A stretch of 64,000 nucleotides of DNA. It comes from Paraspadella gotoi. Taxonomy: Eukaryota; Animalia; Chaetognatha. The notes beneath the pieces are model-generated. The model was not told the origin of the DNA, did no database searches, and saw only the letters and a program-made list of their open reading frames with translations. The translations under genes and the position numbers were made by a program. Location: assembly GCA_051294375.1 (NCBI GenBank), contig CM119269.1, positions 15,387,918 through 15,451,917 on the forward strand. The letters are read 5' to 3'. Positions 1 through 19,500 of the stretch are shown here, in pieces. The stretch's first letter is position 1. Every line of letters starts with the position of its first letter.

Positions 1-486
1 GTTTATATATCAATGTTCTCTATTCAAATTTTGATCCGCAACCTTCACTACGCCTTATTGAACAGTGAACAGATTCTGACAGAAAAGTTGTTACAGTACT
101 TAGAGTTAAGAGATAGCCTTTCTAAGCATCAGTTCGATCTAAGTAATTCAATGAAACACTGACCTTTGAATACATAATTTAGTTATTACTTAATGATAGA
201 AGGATTCGATCTTTTTTTCGGAAAACAAAGTTCGCACGTATTGGATTTAATTAGTAGCAGTCTGTTATTACAAACCTCGAAGAAAAATGCAAAATACGTT
301 AAATCTCATTAAAAACAAAAACAGCACCTTTCACACTTGGAAAATATACTGACACTTCAGCGAAAGCTAATACTGACTACCCAATTTCCATTGAATGAAG
401 ATTTTGTCACTCATCGCGTCTCCAAAAAAAAAAAAATGATTCCCTTCTTGACTTTTCGAAATTTCTTTCATAGCCCAACCCCAACA

Positions 487-804
487 ATGCCGACTAACCA
501 CAGAAAATGGATATGTCCCGATTGCGAATGGGTTAACAACACAGGCGCTAATCCAAAGTGCGACATGTGTCCCTTCAAAATCGACGCTGCTAAAGGTAAA
601 TAAACAAGAATCTAGTTAAATCTAGTAGAATGAGCTGGTTTAAACTGTTCCAAGTAAATCCAAATCATTTTTTTCCCTTATTTTATAGGGAAGCAAGTTA
701 CAATAATTCACGAGAAAAAGGATTGGAGATGCGGAAAATGTAACTGGTTAAACACAGAAGAACAGAAAAGGTGCGGGATATGTTACAATGCCAAAACTGC
801 ATAA
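487..804 (+). CDS. 74-aa protein made of two RanBP2-type (NZF) zinc fingers; 2 exons (487-595, 689-804)
   Basis: A GT-AG intron at 596-688 joins MPTNHRKWICPDCEWVNNTGANPKCDMCPFKIDAAK to GKQVTIIHEKKDWRCGKCNWLNTEEQKRCGICYNAKTA*. Both halves fit W-x-C-x2-C-x3-N-x6/7-C-x2-C. A possible acceptor at ~473 means an upstream exon cannot be excluded. Confidence 0.7.
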
Positions 805-1122
805 AGAAGACAATATTAAGTATTCTGGTAACAATAATGGAAGATAATATAATTATAGAGAGATGAGTAAGATAGATGCTTCATTTTGTTTTTTAAAGGA
901 AATTTTATCAAGCATGTTAATGATTTAATCATCCGTTAAAAATGTTGAAAAATTATCATTAAATGGTATTACATTAAAATATTTAATTTAATAACATTGT
1001 ACAATGTACATGTATAATGTTGTCTTTTTTCGGAAAGTAAGAAAAATTTGTATATAATTCTTTTCTAGCTACTCACATATCCTAATAATTACCCTTCACA
1101 CTTTAAAAATTAAATATCATAA

Positions 1123-1288
1123 GGAAAAAGTTTAAATTGTGATTCAGCAACGAATTTATTTAATAATAAACGGACATGTTTCGGTTCGGTTTACGAACCT
1201 TCTTCAGTTCAGCGCAGTTAAGGACAGTGAAACATGTCCGTTTATTATTAAATAAATTCATTGCTGAATCACAATTTAAACTTTTTCC
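1123..1288. mobile_element. Inverted repeat (60-bp arms 1123-1182 / 1229-1288) carrying a minimal hammerhead; Penelope-like pLTR remnant
   Basis: The arms are reverse complements with one mismatch. A hammerhead core lies on the minus strand across the left arm and spacer. Confidence 0.7.
1168..1216 (-). ncRNA. Minimal type-I hammerhead ribozyme motif
   Basis: Minus strand reads CUGAAGA-A-GGUUCG-UAAAC-CGAACC-GAAA-CAUGUC-CG: intact core boxes, a 6-bp stem II and palindromic stem III (ACAUGU) followed by C17. Stem I is weak. Confidence 0.7.
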
Positions 1289-3559
1289 ATATGTCCCAAA
1301 CGCAACGAAAAATAAAGGAAATTATAACAAATTAAATATCTAAAAGTGAAAGAACTGACGAATTCCCAGAAAGCCTAATTAAAAGTTTGATTTAATAAAT
1401 CTACAAATAGCGATACAAGTTTGCAGTTTACCTACAAATTGTTAGATGTTAAAGTTACGGTTTTTCATTCTTAGTAAAAACTAGATAGTATCTTTCGCTT
1501 ATCTTTCCACTTTTTCTCCATAACTTTAGATAGAATTGATAGAATTGTATCGACTATCGACGATAGCATCGTGTACCCGTTCCCTGTCGATGTTCTTTTT
1601 TGACCTCGTCTTGCCAAAAGATAGCAGTATTTTCCGACAACAAAAAATGAAGTAATAATTAAATAAAAGAACATATAATCAAAATTGTTCCTGATCTTTA
1701 AAAAATTGCGGTTTAATTTTCAAAAAGTGTTCTGTACAATCGTAAAACTGTCTTCTATTTCAAAATTCAGTTGTGTAACATACATCGGGAAAGGGGAACC
1801 TAAATAAAAGGACGTAACTGTCAGGTGAGACCATTGCCAATTTCAGATTTTTTCAAGATCCTCACATGAAGTGATTACCAACTATTTAACCCAATTCTTC
1901 AGAAAATTAGTTCAAAATTTTATTCAGTATTTGCATAATAACGCTAATATGGGTGAGTAATAGTGACTGTAGCTGTAACGCCTTTTGTTTAAGAGAAATG
2001 ATCATGTTTTGTTTTTATTTTGAAAAAAAAACAATTGTTACTTAAAACAAAAGACTGCGTGGTCCGAGAATATTAAATCTTACCCGTTAAAAAGATCATA
2101 AGTATATAACTGATACTGAAACTGTGAAAGGATAAGATTTTGATTTACTCCATAAGTAAAAATGGTCCCCGGCAGTGCTCTCCGCTCTCCGAAAGTAAGC
2201 TGAATAATGAATGTAAACAAAAAATGATATCGGATACGTAAAACTATGTATTCAGTATTGTCGTAGACATGAAAACTCAACAATCGTCATTCACTTTTGG
2301 AGCTGGATGGGACTTCAGTCACTTCTGCTTTTCCGTTTTTCGTTTGTAACATTCCGTGGTTTTATATTGTTATGTAAATTATACATTTAATATGTATATT
2401 TATTAATGTTTTATCAAGAAGATAGTATCCTGACTCAATTTATATTGAAATTTTGGCTCTACCGATCTCGGAGCTTCATTACGGTTTCTTTTAAGTTTAC
2501 AATTTATTTAGAGTTAATGAATTTGTAAATGGCACATGAGCCATATATGTAACAATGAATGAATGAATGAAGTATGATACAATTGATAAATATACAAAGG
2601 GAATGAATATAATAAGAGAAAATTAATTAGGTCAAATTTGGACAACGGCATGTATATTGGATTTATTGTCCTTCATCATATTATTAAATTAAATAAGGAG
2701 ACGCACCGTTCCCCTCTCAATGACAAATTGTCGAAAAATCTTATTAAGGATTGATTGCCCTTAAATGAATCAACCGGCAGAGTATCTGAGTATAAACTTC
2801 TGTTTTGCATTTTATAAACTCAAGAATCTAGACTTAGCCGACACACAGATTAAGGTTTAAGACCCCGAATAATGATTTGTTCCTCCTCCTCGGAGTCTGA
2901 GGTGAGTTTCTTCGATCCGTCGCTCCGTCGGGTTCGCAATCTCGTTTCGGAATCGACCCAGGAAAAAAAAGTGGGATCCTTTCCTTGGACGCCGATTTGG
3001 ATTTTATTCAACTTCGTGCCGCTTCTCGGTCTCTCTCCAATTTATAACATTCATAAGGAATCGAATTCGTTTCGTTTTTCGGCATTTTTCGATTTTTCAT
3101 CTTAATATTTTTGGCATCAGTTGTTAAACAATAGTGGTTTTCTGGGACTATACAATAAAAAGATTTTTTTCCAGTTTGACCCACAAGCAAATTTTAACTT
3201 TTAAATTTGTAAGAATAATTTCAATTTTTGGTTTTGAGAGGACAGTGGCCTCAACCGTGTCGAGTGCCAAGTTTTCTTTTGTAGCGGTTTGTTTACCGAA
3301 TGTTCCCTGGTAACGCTCCGCAGGGGCTGTCAAAATCGCAATTCTATTATAGTCTATACGATCTTTCCGTAGACAGAAAGTTGGCTTCCCTAGTAGTTTC
3401 CATCCAAGCTGTGCAAACTTTTCCCCGCGTCCCGGGGATTTTTTTCGCTTTGTATAGAAGATAAAAGATTAAGATTTTATTCTTCCTCAGTCTGAAAATA
3501 TTCTGTCTAGACTATCGACAACACCCAGCGGTTAAAGGCGCCGGCGAATCTAAACGAAA

Positions 3560-8875
<5,316 letters not shown>

Positions 8876-9616
8876 TGACCTGCTGGATGACTCTGAATGG
8901 TCATTCTTTTTATGAATTAAACGTAAACTTAAATTTAAGAAAATTAATTTGTGCTCATCTAGTCGAATCTCACGTGGTTCTGTTGTCAGAAAACAGACCA
9001 GTTTTTATCTATTTTTTATAATCAGTATAATTATTTAATTTACATTCCAACTCTTTTTATTCTCTTTGCCTTAGTCAATAATGGGGGTTGCTACGTTAAA
9101 CTTGTCCCATGATTATGAAACGTTTTTAATTATTTAAATGGGTTATAAAAAGTCTATCTAGTCCTAAAGCAAAAAAAATAAAAAATTCATTGTCATGTGG
9201 CAATTTAAAATTAGTGCCCTGATGTTTTACTTGGATTAGTAGCATTCAAGTTTTTTCTGTTTATAAAAGAATTTCTTTTATTTTTAATTATTTTTTATTA
9301 TTATTATCTGGAAGGTTTTTGCTTTGTCTGCCAAGATACCGATCATTGTAACGATTGTTTTATAGAGGAGCTTAGCAGCCTTGTTGACTTTCTTGTCACA
9401 GCCTCAATACATCATTTATGTGATAAAACTGTCCTTTTTTAGAAGCTATATTAATGCTAAAACTTTTCATGTATGTTTTGATATAAAAAAACGCGTGATT
9501 TTTTAATACACATTTTTAGAAATTACTCATTTACTTATTTCGCATAATTTCAAGTTGACAATCGAAAAAAATTCGAGTTTTTAAAAAGAGATACACAAGT
9601 AAACGAGTATTATGAT

Positions 9617-12600
9617 TTAAAATTGTTCTTTTAACCAAAGCGCAGAACCGACAGCTTTCAGATTTCGCAGTCCAATGAATGTCTCCATTTTAGAATCAAA
9701 TTCAATAGGACGCTGCTGCGGTGCGGTGTAGAACGGAGCCATGTTGGTTCCTGAGTAAGAAAAGCACAAAATTTCAGCATATTTTTGTACGCAGGAAACG
9801 TTCGAAATTCGTTGGTTAGACTTTGTACGTTCTTCCACCGACTGTAAATAGGGGTAGCCCCACTCAATGGGGTGAGAATGATAACGTGCTCAAACGAAAA
9901 TTTATACATTTTAAAGTAAACTTTTAATGGACAAAACATTCTTATATGGCTCAATACACAATTATTTTTTTTAATATTTATATATAGGAAAGGCCAAAAA
10001 TTTTTTTTTGAATTTTAAAATTATAAGACCAGATTCAGATAGCTCATAAAAAGCGGTCTACACAAAGTATAATTCTTTTTTAAATATTTTTATGATAAGT
10101 GTGTCAAAAATAAGAAAAACCGTAAAAAAACATCAATCATCATCTTTCGATGATTTTATCAGTTTTTTTATATTTCCACTTAGAAAACGTAGGAATTTTT
10201 AAAAGCTATAATTATATTTCTTGTTTAACTTTTTCTGCTCTATTAAAATCCATCAAAAAGTTTCAATGTTTAAAAAAAAAATTTTAAATTTTTTAATGCA
10301 TTAATCAAGACGTATAATGTAAATTTTTTTGAAAATGATTGCTTAAATATTTAGTCAAGACAACTAAAAAACTTTGCTAATAGTCGAAATTTTATATAAT
10401 CTCCGGACTTGGTCCCTACTGTAAAATGAAGTTATCGTTAATTCGGATATCCAATATATCAAGTTACTAATATATTTTCTACCATTCCAAGTTATGATAA
10501 ATTTCAATAATTTGTATTTCTGTGACTCACCTAAGTAGGATATAATTTCACAAGTTTCTTCAAATTGGGCCAGTTTTCTTTTGTACTTGTTTCTTACGTA
10601 CTCGGTGCTACGAGGATTAAATGCTGCAAAAAACAAGGTAATTAAACGTTGTGGGTAAAAAATGGTTATTCATTTTGCTCGCATACACTCGTATTAGTAG
10701 TGACCTTCAAATATACCTTTTAAGTGGAAAGCAACGTAGAGCAACGCTGATCGCGCTGGCGAGAGAAAGGGATACTTGGGTTTAAAATTCCCGGTTGCGG
10801 TCAATGCCTTAATCACCGCTGTTGCAACTGTCTGTTCCATATAACCCAGCATGGGTAAACCTGCCATAAAAGGTGTTCTCCGCTTATAAAATCTTTTTTT
10901 CTTCTACTTCTTTTCAAATTATCGTTTCTACAGGGACTTCAATCAAAAACTTGTAATATAATCAAAACGAAGAGTAATCGGGTTATAAATTCTTTTTTAT
11001 ATTAATAAAAAAAATATTTGACTGGTTTAATTTTACTTTCGCCGACCGCGGTTTTGACGTCTTTCAAAAAATTAGTTTTTATTTTCGCCGACCGGGGTTA
11101 GGGAAGGGTTAAAGTTTAGGGGTGGTTTAGGGTTAAGAGGGCTTAGGTTTAGCGTAATTAGGTAATATTATTTTTACCTTTTTTTAAAAAAAATAAATAT
11201 TTTAAAATATTTTTTAAAAACCATTAAAAATATGGTTGTGAAAAAACCATTTAAAAATTTTCACATTTTCTATGGAGAGTACTATGTATAAATATGGGCG
11301 TATGCGAAAATTGAAAAATTAAAATTAAATTTTTTTTATTTAAAAATGTTCACAGGTACAAGCCTGTTCGTGATCTACTATTCGAATTTTGATTCTATTT
11401 GATTTTAATATTTTTGCTACGCTTTACTGTACAGTGTACAATCCACACACCTGAAACATGCAAAGGCTCCAGCTTTTTGGGCGGTAATTTCCTTGGCATC
11501 GTCAGGTTAAAGTAGAGATAAGGCTTCCGCATGAATTTGACGCGTTCTTTCTCAGACCGGAAGTACCAAAATTTTCCACGGTACTGCACGACGAGACGGG
11601 GGTCACCGTCAACAATTGCCTCGTACCGGAGTCGACCATCCCGGTAAGTGACGGGGCAGTAGCCAAGTATCTCCGGCTAAAAAATCATTTGACGCCGGAT
11701 GAGGATAAATAGTAGGAAACAAAAGGGAGAAAATCAGATAGGGGAACAGTATTGGAAACTGACCTGCGCCGGGTGCTGTTCCTTGACCCAATCGGCATCG
11801 CGCTTTATCGGCAGATAGTCGGGGTCTTCAGGCAGGCGCCGCGGCGCCAACGGCGGCAGGTACTCCTCGGTCCTCTCCAAGAACGTAGCCAACTCCGCCT
11901 CCCCACTCGTCTTGTAATAGACCCCTAAGAGGTGTTTCGTTTTAATTCCGCAATGCTTTCAAATTTGACCAATTTTTTCCCCTCCCTCTTTGCGTGATTT
12001 TTGTTTAATTTTTTTGGGGGTTGGGTTATCATTTTCTTTTTTCCTTGCCTCTGTATTCTACGGCATATTTGAGGTTGTCTTCCTCGGAGCCATCTACGAA
12101 TTCACCCTCGTCCGCCAACGCCACTGGACAGTACTCGCGAAATATGCCGAGTCGGGATCGGAACTCGGCCGGACGAACGCAAAGGTGAACCAAGGACGCC
12201 GCAAGCCCTAGAAAGAGAACGAATTAACTGTTGGGGGGAACTTGTCCCAAAGACGCAATTCAATTTCTCGGCCCCGCCCCCCTTAGGAAGTCCAATAATC
12301 AACCTTGTTTAACGCGAAAGATATACTCCTGGATCTGCCTGACGACGACATAGCATTCTTCCAAGGCATGATGCCGCACCCACCACTTTGACCGTGCCCC
12401 GTCCAACGGAGACCAGTTCGCCTCCTCGGACCGGAAAAAGTTGCGAATGGCATCTTGGAAGCGAAAGAGAAAAAACGGGTATACGTTAATCGCGTCTCTC
12501 CTTATACGGATCTCGCTGGACTTACCAATGTTACTGAGATAAGCTTCTCTTTTGTATTTGAGTATTGGTGTACTATCGTGTTTGATGAATTCGGGTCGTT

Positions 12601-15562
12601 CGGGCATAACTGCCGTAATAATATCTGATAATCCGGGGGAAAAAAAAGAAAAAACAGTGGGAACACATTTTTTCAAACTGACTACTAAATCTTTCAAATA
12701 CACCTGTGCTAAAGACGACGTTGTTGTTGTTGACGTTGTCGTCTTCATCGTCCGTAAGGAAAGAGAGTATAGACGTCTTAATCGAACCGAGGGACGCCTC
12801 GCTCGAGTATTCCAATGAAGTCGTCCACGCTTTGCCAAAGTCGGTCAGTCTATCCCGAAGACCCCTAGTCAACATTTCCTATCGATCGGATGGGAAAGGA
12901 GAGTTAAAACAGGGATTAAGTAAACCATTATCTTTGACACAGCATTTTTTGAAATTTTCTTAATAGTTATAGTCTATAGTTATAGTTATATTTTTTTTCT
13001 GCATTTTTTTGATTTTTGTGAAATGAGTCTTTTTTTTTACCCGATCGCCCATTTCAAGCTCGATGACTTTCAATGGGATGATGGCTTCATCGTCCATGAG
13101 TTTCATTTGATTTTCGGTCATGGGATAACTGTCGAGGACCCAGCTATTGTTGAAACCCAAGAAAAAATACAAAAAATTAAAATTAAAATATAAAAATGGA
13201 ACCAATTAAAAATGACTCACCCTCTGGACTGAAACCTTTCTTCGAGTAAATAAACGTCAAGAGCTTCGACTGCCAAATCGTCTGGCACCGTGAGTCCCTA
13301 GAAGAAAATCGGAGCCAATACACAGATTTCGTTCTTAAATTTAAAATTGTTTAATGTCAACCTACTACGAAAATTAATTAAGCGAATTTGTTTTCACAAG
13401 GTAAACATACAGGGTTGGGATTCAAAACTTAGATTTCAATGACAAATAATAGGAATAACAACTATTTTAAGTCGGGAAAACATGCACTCAAGCCGAGTCA
13501 ATTAGAGTCATTTCTAAGGTATGTATTTTATAAGGTTTATATTTATGATGTATAGGAATGAGTTTATGAGAGAGAGAGAGAGAGAGATTTCTGGGTTTCC
13601 AGGTTTTGATGGAAAAGTTATCACTCAGTGATTCACCTGATGGAGGAAGTGCCTGATCCGTGCGGTGAGGTCAACTTTCGGTTGCGTATCGAGGAGATCC
13701 CGCAAGGAGTCCCCGACCGATACTCGGGGCACGCCGTGTACCTCCGCAACATGATTCGCCACTAAAGACGAGTTTTGTAAAAGACGATATCAGCTTTGGC
13801 GACATTAACTTTTTTAGCCATTCTCTATATTTTCCTGCTCGGTTTTTTTACTCACGCGTCGTCTTTCCCGACTTGGGCGGTCCCAATATGGCCAGCTTGA
13901 GCGGGACGGCCGGCTTGGGGGCGACCTGGCGAACGAAGAGTACAGGGTTGTCGGCGAAGCGATCTCGCGCCTCAACCGACGACAGGAAGTAGACGTGAGA
14001 CCGGAAGAGCAGCGGGAAGGCGGGACCCGGCGCCGGTACTAGGCAAGCACCATCGTAGAGCTAACCGTCAAAAATCAAAATGTACAAAACAAAACCAAAC
14101 TAATTATCTCTTATTGGATCTTACCTGCACCGGGCACCAAACCCCGAATCGGCTGGCCTTCCGGTATCCGGCTACGACGAGTCGCCGGGCTAATTCCGCT
14201 CTCAGCGGGTAGCACCGATCGAAGACGCTCGCTCGATGCTCCGTCAGCGGTCGCAGCCTCTTCCTCATGACGTATCGGACTATATGGGGTTGCCTGGCAC
14301 CGTCAACTTCCAAGCAAGGTATCCAGTAGTCCTCCGACAGGTTTTTCTGCACTTCCTCCATCCGGGTCATCTCGCCCTCGTACCACTCGGAGATCTTCAT
14401 ACTGAGGAAAGGGAGTATTGACTTATGTCAGAGTTCGGTGGGTCTAAGAGGGCAAGATTCTTTCTCCGACCAGAATTTTTCGTGAGCGTCCTCTGGACTC
14501 TCCTCCTCTTCTTCCTCCTCCTCGTCGTCGTCTCCTTCCTCCTCGATGAGTATCTGCTCGATCTCCTCCATCATTTCCTCTTCACTTCCTCCCTGAACGA
14601 GAATTATTTTTTTTGTAAATAAATTTTAAAAAATGGTAATGGATAATGTTGTTAGAAGACAGGTGTAGTTCCGTCTCGATACAATGAAATATCATTTAAT
14701 CATCTCATGCATAATGTTCAAATTTTAATTTTGAAGACAATTTTTTTATATCATTTTCGTTGAACATTTTTAACTTTTTTATTCAGAGAGAATATTCTCC
14801 GTTATCCAGTTAAATAAATTCCGCGATCGTTTTGTCGCATTTTCCGTCTAACGTGCAGAGTGATCTGAGATCCATTTTCCGTCAAAGACAGATAATTTTA
14901 TAGTCACCTCGTCGGCTTCGTCGTCGTCGTCCAAACCTCTGAGTCGCCGAACGGCTGACTTTTTCCTCTTAATTTTTAGATGGCAATAACATGATTATGA
15001 CAATGATGACAGTTAAAACAAAACAAAAAGACACATTCGAAACAAAAACTTAAAAAAATTCAATGAAAACCAGCGACGCCATCTTGCGAAATAGATGTTC
15101 TTTTCAAAATAGGAAGAAAAAAAATCTTAAAAGCATAAGGATCGTCGCAATTGCATAAGAAAAATCTGGATTGACGACAAATTTTGATACTAAAAAAAAA
15201 TCAAATTTGAGAAAAGAAAATTAATTTATAAACAGAAAGAAAATAAAGAAAAAAATAAATATAAAGAAAGAATAGAAAGAAAAGAAAGAATATAAAGGAA
15301 GGAAAGAAAAGAAAGGAAAGAAAGAATAGAAAGGAAAGAAGAATAAAAGAAAGAGAAGGAAAGAAAGAATAGAAAGGAAAGAAAGAATAGAAAGGAAATG
15401 AAAGAATAGGAAAGGAAAAAAAGAACAGAAAGGAAAGAAAGAATAGAAAGAAAGAAAGAATAGAAAGGAAAGAAAGAAAAATAAAAATAAAGAGAGAGTG
15501 ACGAGAAGAAAGAACGAAATAAAAACCCGATGTTGCGATAGCAAAATGATAACGAAGGAGAG

Positions 15563-15619
<57 letters not shown>

Positions 15620-16467
15620 AGCCAAATCGTTTTCGGACGAATCAGCAGCGTAGCAGCAGAGGCAGCCAGAAAAAAAGAAAGAAATCAAAATGCAGAAGCA
15701 GCAGGAGAAAAGAGAGAAAAAGAAAAAGACCCTGCAGAGCCAGCTGCAGACTAGTTTTCTTTTTCGATGAATCAGCCTGGGGAAAAGAGAGAGAGAGAGA
15801 GCTACATATAATTAAAAAAAAAAGAGAGAGAGAAGGAGACATGAAAAAAATTTGTTGGTTTTGATAAAACGTAAACAAAACATATTTAATAACTGTTCTC
15901 ACCCAATTTCAAGGACCTTGATGATGAGAAGCTGTATATAAATTTTCAGATTCATACACCCAAATTTAATCATAAAAAAGGCGATCGATAAGTTGGAACG
16001 CCGCCGAACGTCGACGACAACAACGACGACGCCTACGCCACTTATGCGCAAAAGCGTTACGAGATCGTCGCAAACGCAAAGCGATTACGACGATAAAAAA
16101 ACCTTTTTTGAAACCTCACCTTTTCCTCCTCATTTTTGGCGCGAAACTCCTCGATGAGTTCCTGTCTCCTCTTCTCTCTCTCCTCTTCCTGCTTCTTTTT
16201 CAGCTTCGCTTTCTCCTCCATTCTCTTCGCCCTCTTTTTGTCCATCTTAGCCTGCCACCTGGTGATAAGCATAATTACAATAGTTTATAGTGTACAATTA
16301 AATTTATTACTTAATAAATATACTTATTAAAATATAAATATACTACTTAATTAGTATAATTACTTACCGATCCATCATCGACGGCACAAGTCGAGCCAAA
16401 ACGTCTTTCTCCTCCACCTGAAGAACGATGGCGCAATCTGATAGAAGTAAAGAGAAAAATACAATAA

Positions 16468-16553
<86 letters not shown>

Positions 16554-19500
16554 ACACACACACACACACACCGGGATACAATCCTTTATCCGACAAAAAC
16601 TTGGCCTCATTGGAAGTGTTGGGAAATCCCTCGAGGATGAAGCCCCTGCTCCTGAAGGGCTCCTTCCTCCAGAGTGGAGAGATGACGTCTTCGAGTAGCT
16701 CCTCCGGCAATTCCGTCGAGCCCGTCGCGTCGGCCAAGTAGGCCAGAATCGCTAAAATGAAGACACATATTAGGATAATTATTATCAATTTGTAGATTAA
16801 TGAGACAATGTTTCTGATTTTAACTCACCATTCTCCGTCTCGTCCAGCTCGAAATCGACGGGAACGATGAGGCCCTCGTCCTCTTCGCCGTCGCCGGCTT
16901 CGTCGGGTCCGCGGCGGCGCCGGTCCGGACGGCGATACGGGGTCTTCGGATCTTGAACCACGGGGTCGGAAAATTTGACGGAGGGAACTTGACGAACGGG
17001 AATCGATTCGACGTCGTCTGCCGAAAGAAAAAAGACCAGCTGTGATCGTAGTGGAATTCCGAGAAACTATTTTTTATATATATAGCATCATAATAATTCA
17101 AGTAAAAATGTTTTTTTTTAAATTAGCTCAAATGTAATCACCGTCATCAATGACGACTTCTTCCTCTTCATCCGGACAAGCGCACTGAAGCGCCACCTTC
17201 ATCCCTTCCGGCAAATCCGTCGGCGGTTCCATCACCGGAGACGGCGGCAACTTCAAAGGAGGTTCCGGCACTTCCGGCGAAGAAGTGGTGGAGGCCTGGC
17301 CGGTTACGCGCTGGACCAATTCCTCGCCAGTCTCCACGTCGAGACCCACTTCCGGGATCTAGGAGCATAATATCGAGAAAACAACATAGAAATAAAAGAG
17401 AAAGAAATATTAAAAAAGAAGGAGAAAAATAAGTTGGTTCACTGGTGGATTTTCCGGCTCTTGAATCACTTCTTCCTCCTCTTCTTCCTTCTCCTCTTCC
17501 TCTTCTTCCTCGTCGTCATACTCTGGCCCGATTCGTTTCCCATGCTTCAGCAGAATCAACTCCATCAACTTTTCCTAAATTTCGCGGAGACGAGAAATGA
17601 GATTCGCACTAAATGCTGTAGCACAAGAAATAAAACTTGAGTCGAGACGAACCCGGAAAGAAAAATGAAAGATTCCTAATTTCCGAGATAAAGCTCGTCC
17701 GTGAGCCGTCTTCCCGCTTCCTGTTTCGAACATTAAGTATGTAGATAAAAGTATATGAAACCTTTTAAACAACAACAACGCTGCTAACCTTTGGGTCCGA
17801 GGAACAAGACTCTCAAGGGCGGGTATTTGAGGGGTTCGTCGCCTGTAAAAGATCGTTAACTCCCGAATCACCGGATGCAATGAAATGAGAAAAGATAACG
17901 AGACCTGCGACGTAGTCCTTGGGCGTCTTGATGAACTTCTCCCTCGCTTCGTCGGCGGAGAAGTAGTAGATCTTGTTGCGGTAGACGGCGGCCTTGTCGG
18001 GGTCGCCCGGCCACAACACGCCCGTCTCCTTCAGTGCCACCGGGCAAAAGTGTTTCGTGTCTCCAAGGAAACGCTTTCGCATCTTCGCCGCATCTTCGGG
18101 CTTAGAGAAAAAGAGAGCGGGCGTGGGTGGGGGAAAGACGAAATCGAAAGTGGGAAAGGTGAAAAATTAAAGATGGTTGAAAATGAGTGAAAACAAAACA
18201 TTTAATTCGCTTGCCACATACTCTTTTTGAAGAGATTTCTATTTTTTTTTTGGTTTTTAAATTTTTAAAAAATGTTTTCTTTTTCTCTATTTTACACACA
18301 CCTCAAGATTGTACGTGAGTGCGACCCAGTCGAAAACTTCTGGCGGGCCCTCTCCGCCTTCACCCTCGTCTTCTTCACTATCGTCATCATTGGAGCGACC
18401 GCCTCGGCCGCCTCCTTCCGCCAACAAGGCCGCAGCTTCATCGAGAGCATCCTGCGAAAGACCGTATAATTTATAATTTTATATTATTTAATATTTATTC
18501 CTTGAGCTGAATTATGTCTTATGTCAAGAGAACTCGCCTGTTCTAAATCCTCTTCCTCTTGATCGATATCTTGACCTTGAAATTCCCAGGCTCGGTGTTC
18601 ATATTTAACTTAAAACAGAGTTTAAATTAAAGGTTAATCATCCGGACAAATAATGGCCCGATTAATTAAATATAATATTAACATATCAGATAAAGAAAAG
18701 TCGGAAATAAAATTTATATAGTTTATTGCCACACGACAGGACAAATTACCGCCTGTTATTTGATAGTTTCAGAACTTCGAATCTGACTGTAGTCCGACAC
18801 TACACTACACTAAAATAGAATAAAATTAAATCTAGCCAATTTATGGTAAATATAATCGTAATTGTAACACTTTTTTTATTTTTGTGGAGTCTCAAAAAAA
18901 ATTATAGCCCAAATTACAGTGATATTTTAGGCATAGAATGTCTTTTTAAAAAAGATTTATCCTAGTAAATAAACAAGATTCTTTTCTTGGTTTTGATTTA
19001 AAAACCTTTCACTGACAAAATATAATTGTCATTTATTTGTCGTACTATCTTAAATCGACTGAATAAATTGATGCGGCCAACTCCGACCAATTATTCTCCT
19101 AAGGAAAGAAGAAAACCGGTTAAGAATCTCAACACGCAACCCAAAGCCAAATTTCAGATCAGTAAAAAATTTCGTTTCAGAACTACACAGCGGACTTGAC
19201 AACAGATGCGACAAAAACAGGAAAAATGGAAGGCAAAAGTTTAACAAAATGCGGAAACATTTTCGGTTTTCATCGCACCCTCAGCGCAATATTCGGATCA
19301 ATGTGCGTCTTGTGCTGGTCGTTCAACAACTCTCTCTTTCGAATTATTCCTTATGAGGCATCCGTCTTTCTTCTCTCAAACATGGTGTACACTTTAGTTG
19401 CTTTTGCGCCTTGGACAATAATGAAGCGGACAAAATGGACACAAGGGTATGATAAATGCATAGCGCCTTAAATTATTATACCTTTTTAAACTCATTTTAC

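Noticed and set aside
1471-2350. Possible small minus-strand spliced gene (e.g. exon LTFGERRALPG...DLFNG ending at GTAAG)
   Set aside because: No coherent reading frame or recognisable domain could be assembled by eye.
16347-16788. Poly-ER / poly-SL ORFs, and similar ones near 15221, 58993 and 61108
   Set aside because: Translations of (GA)n microsatellites in introns.
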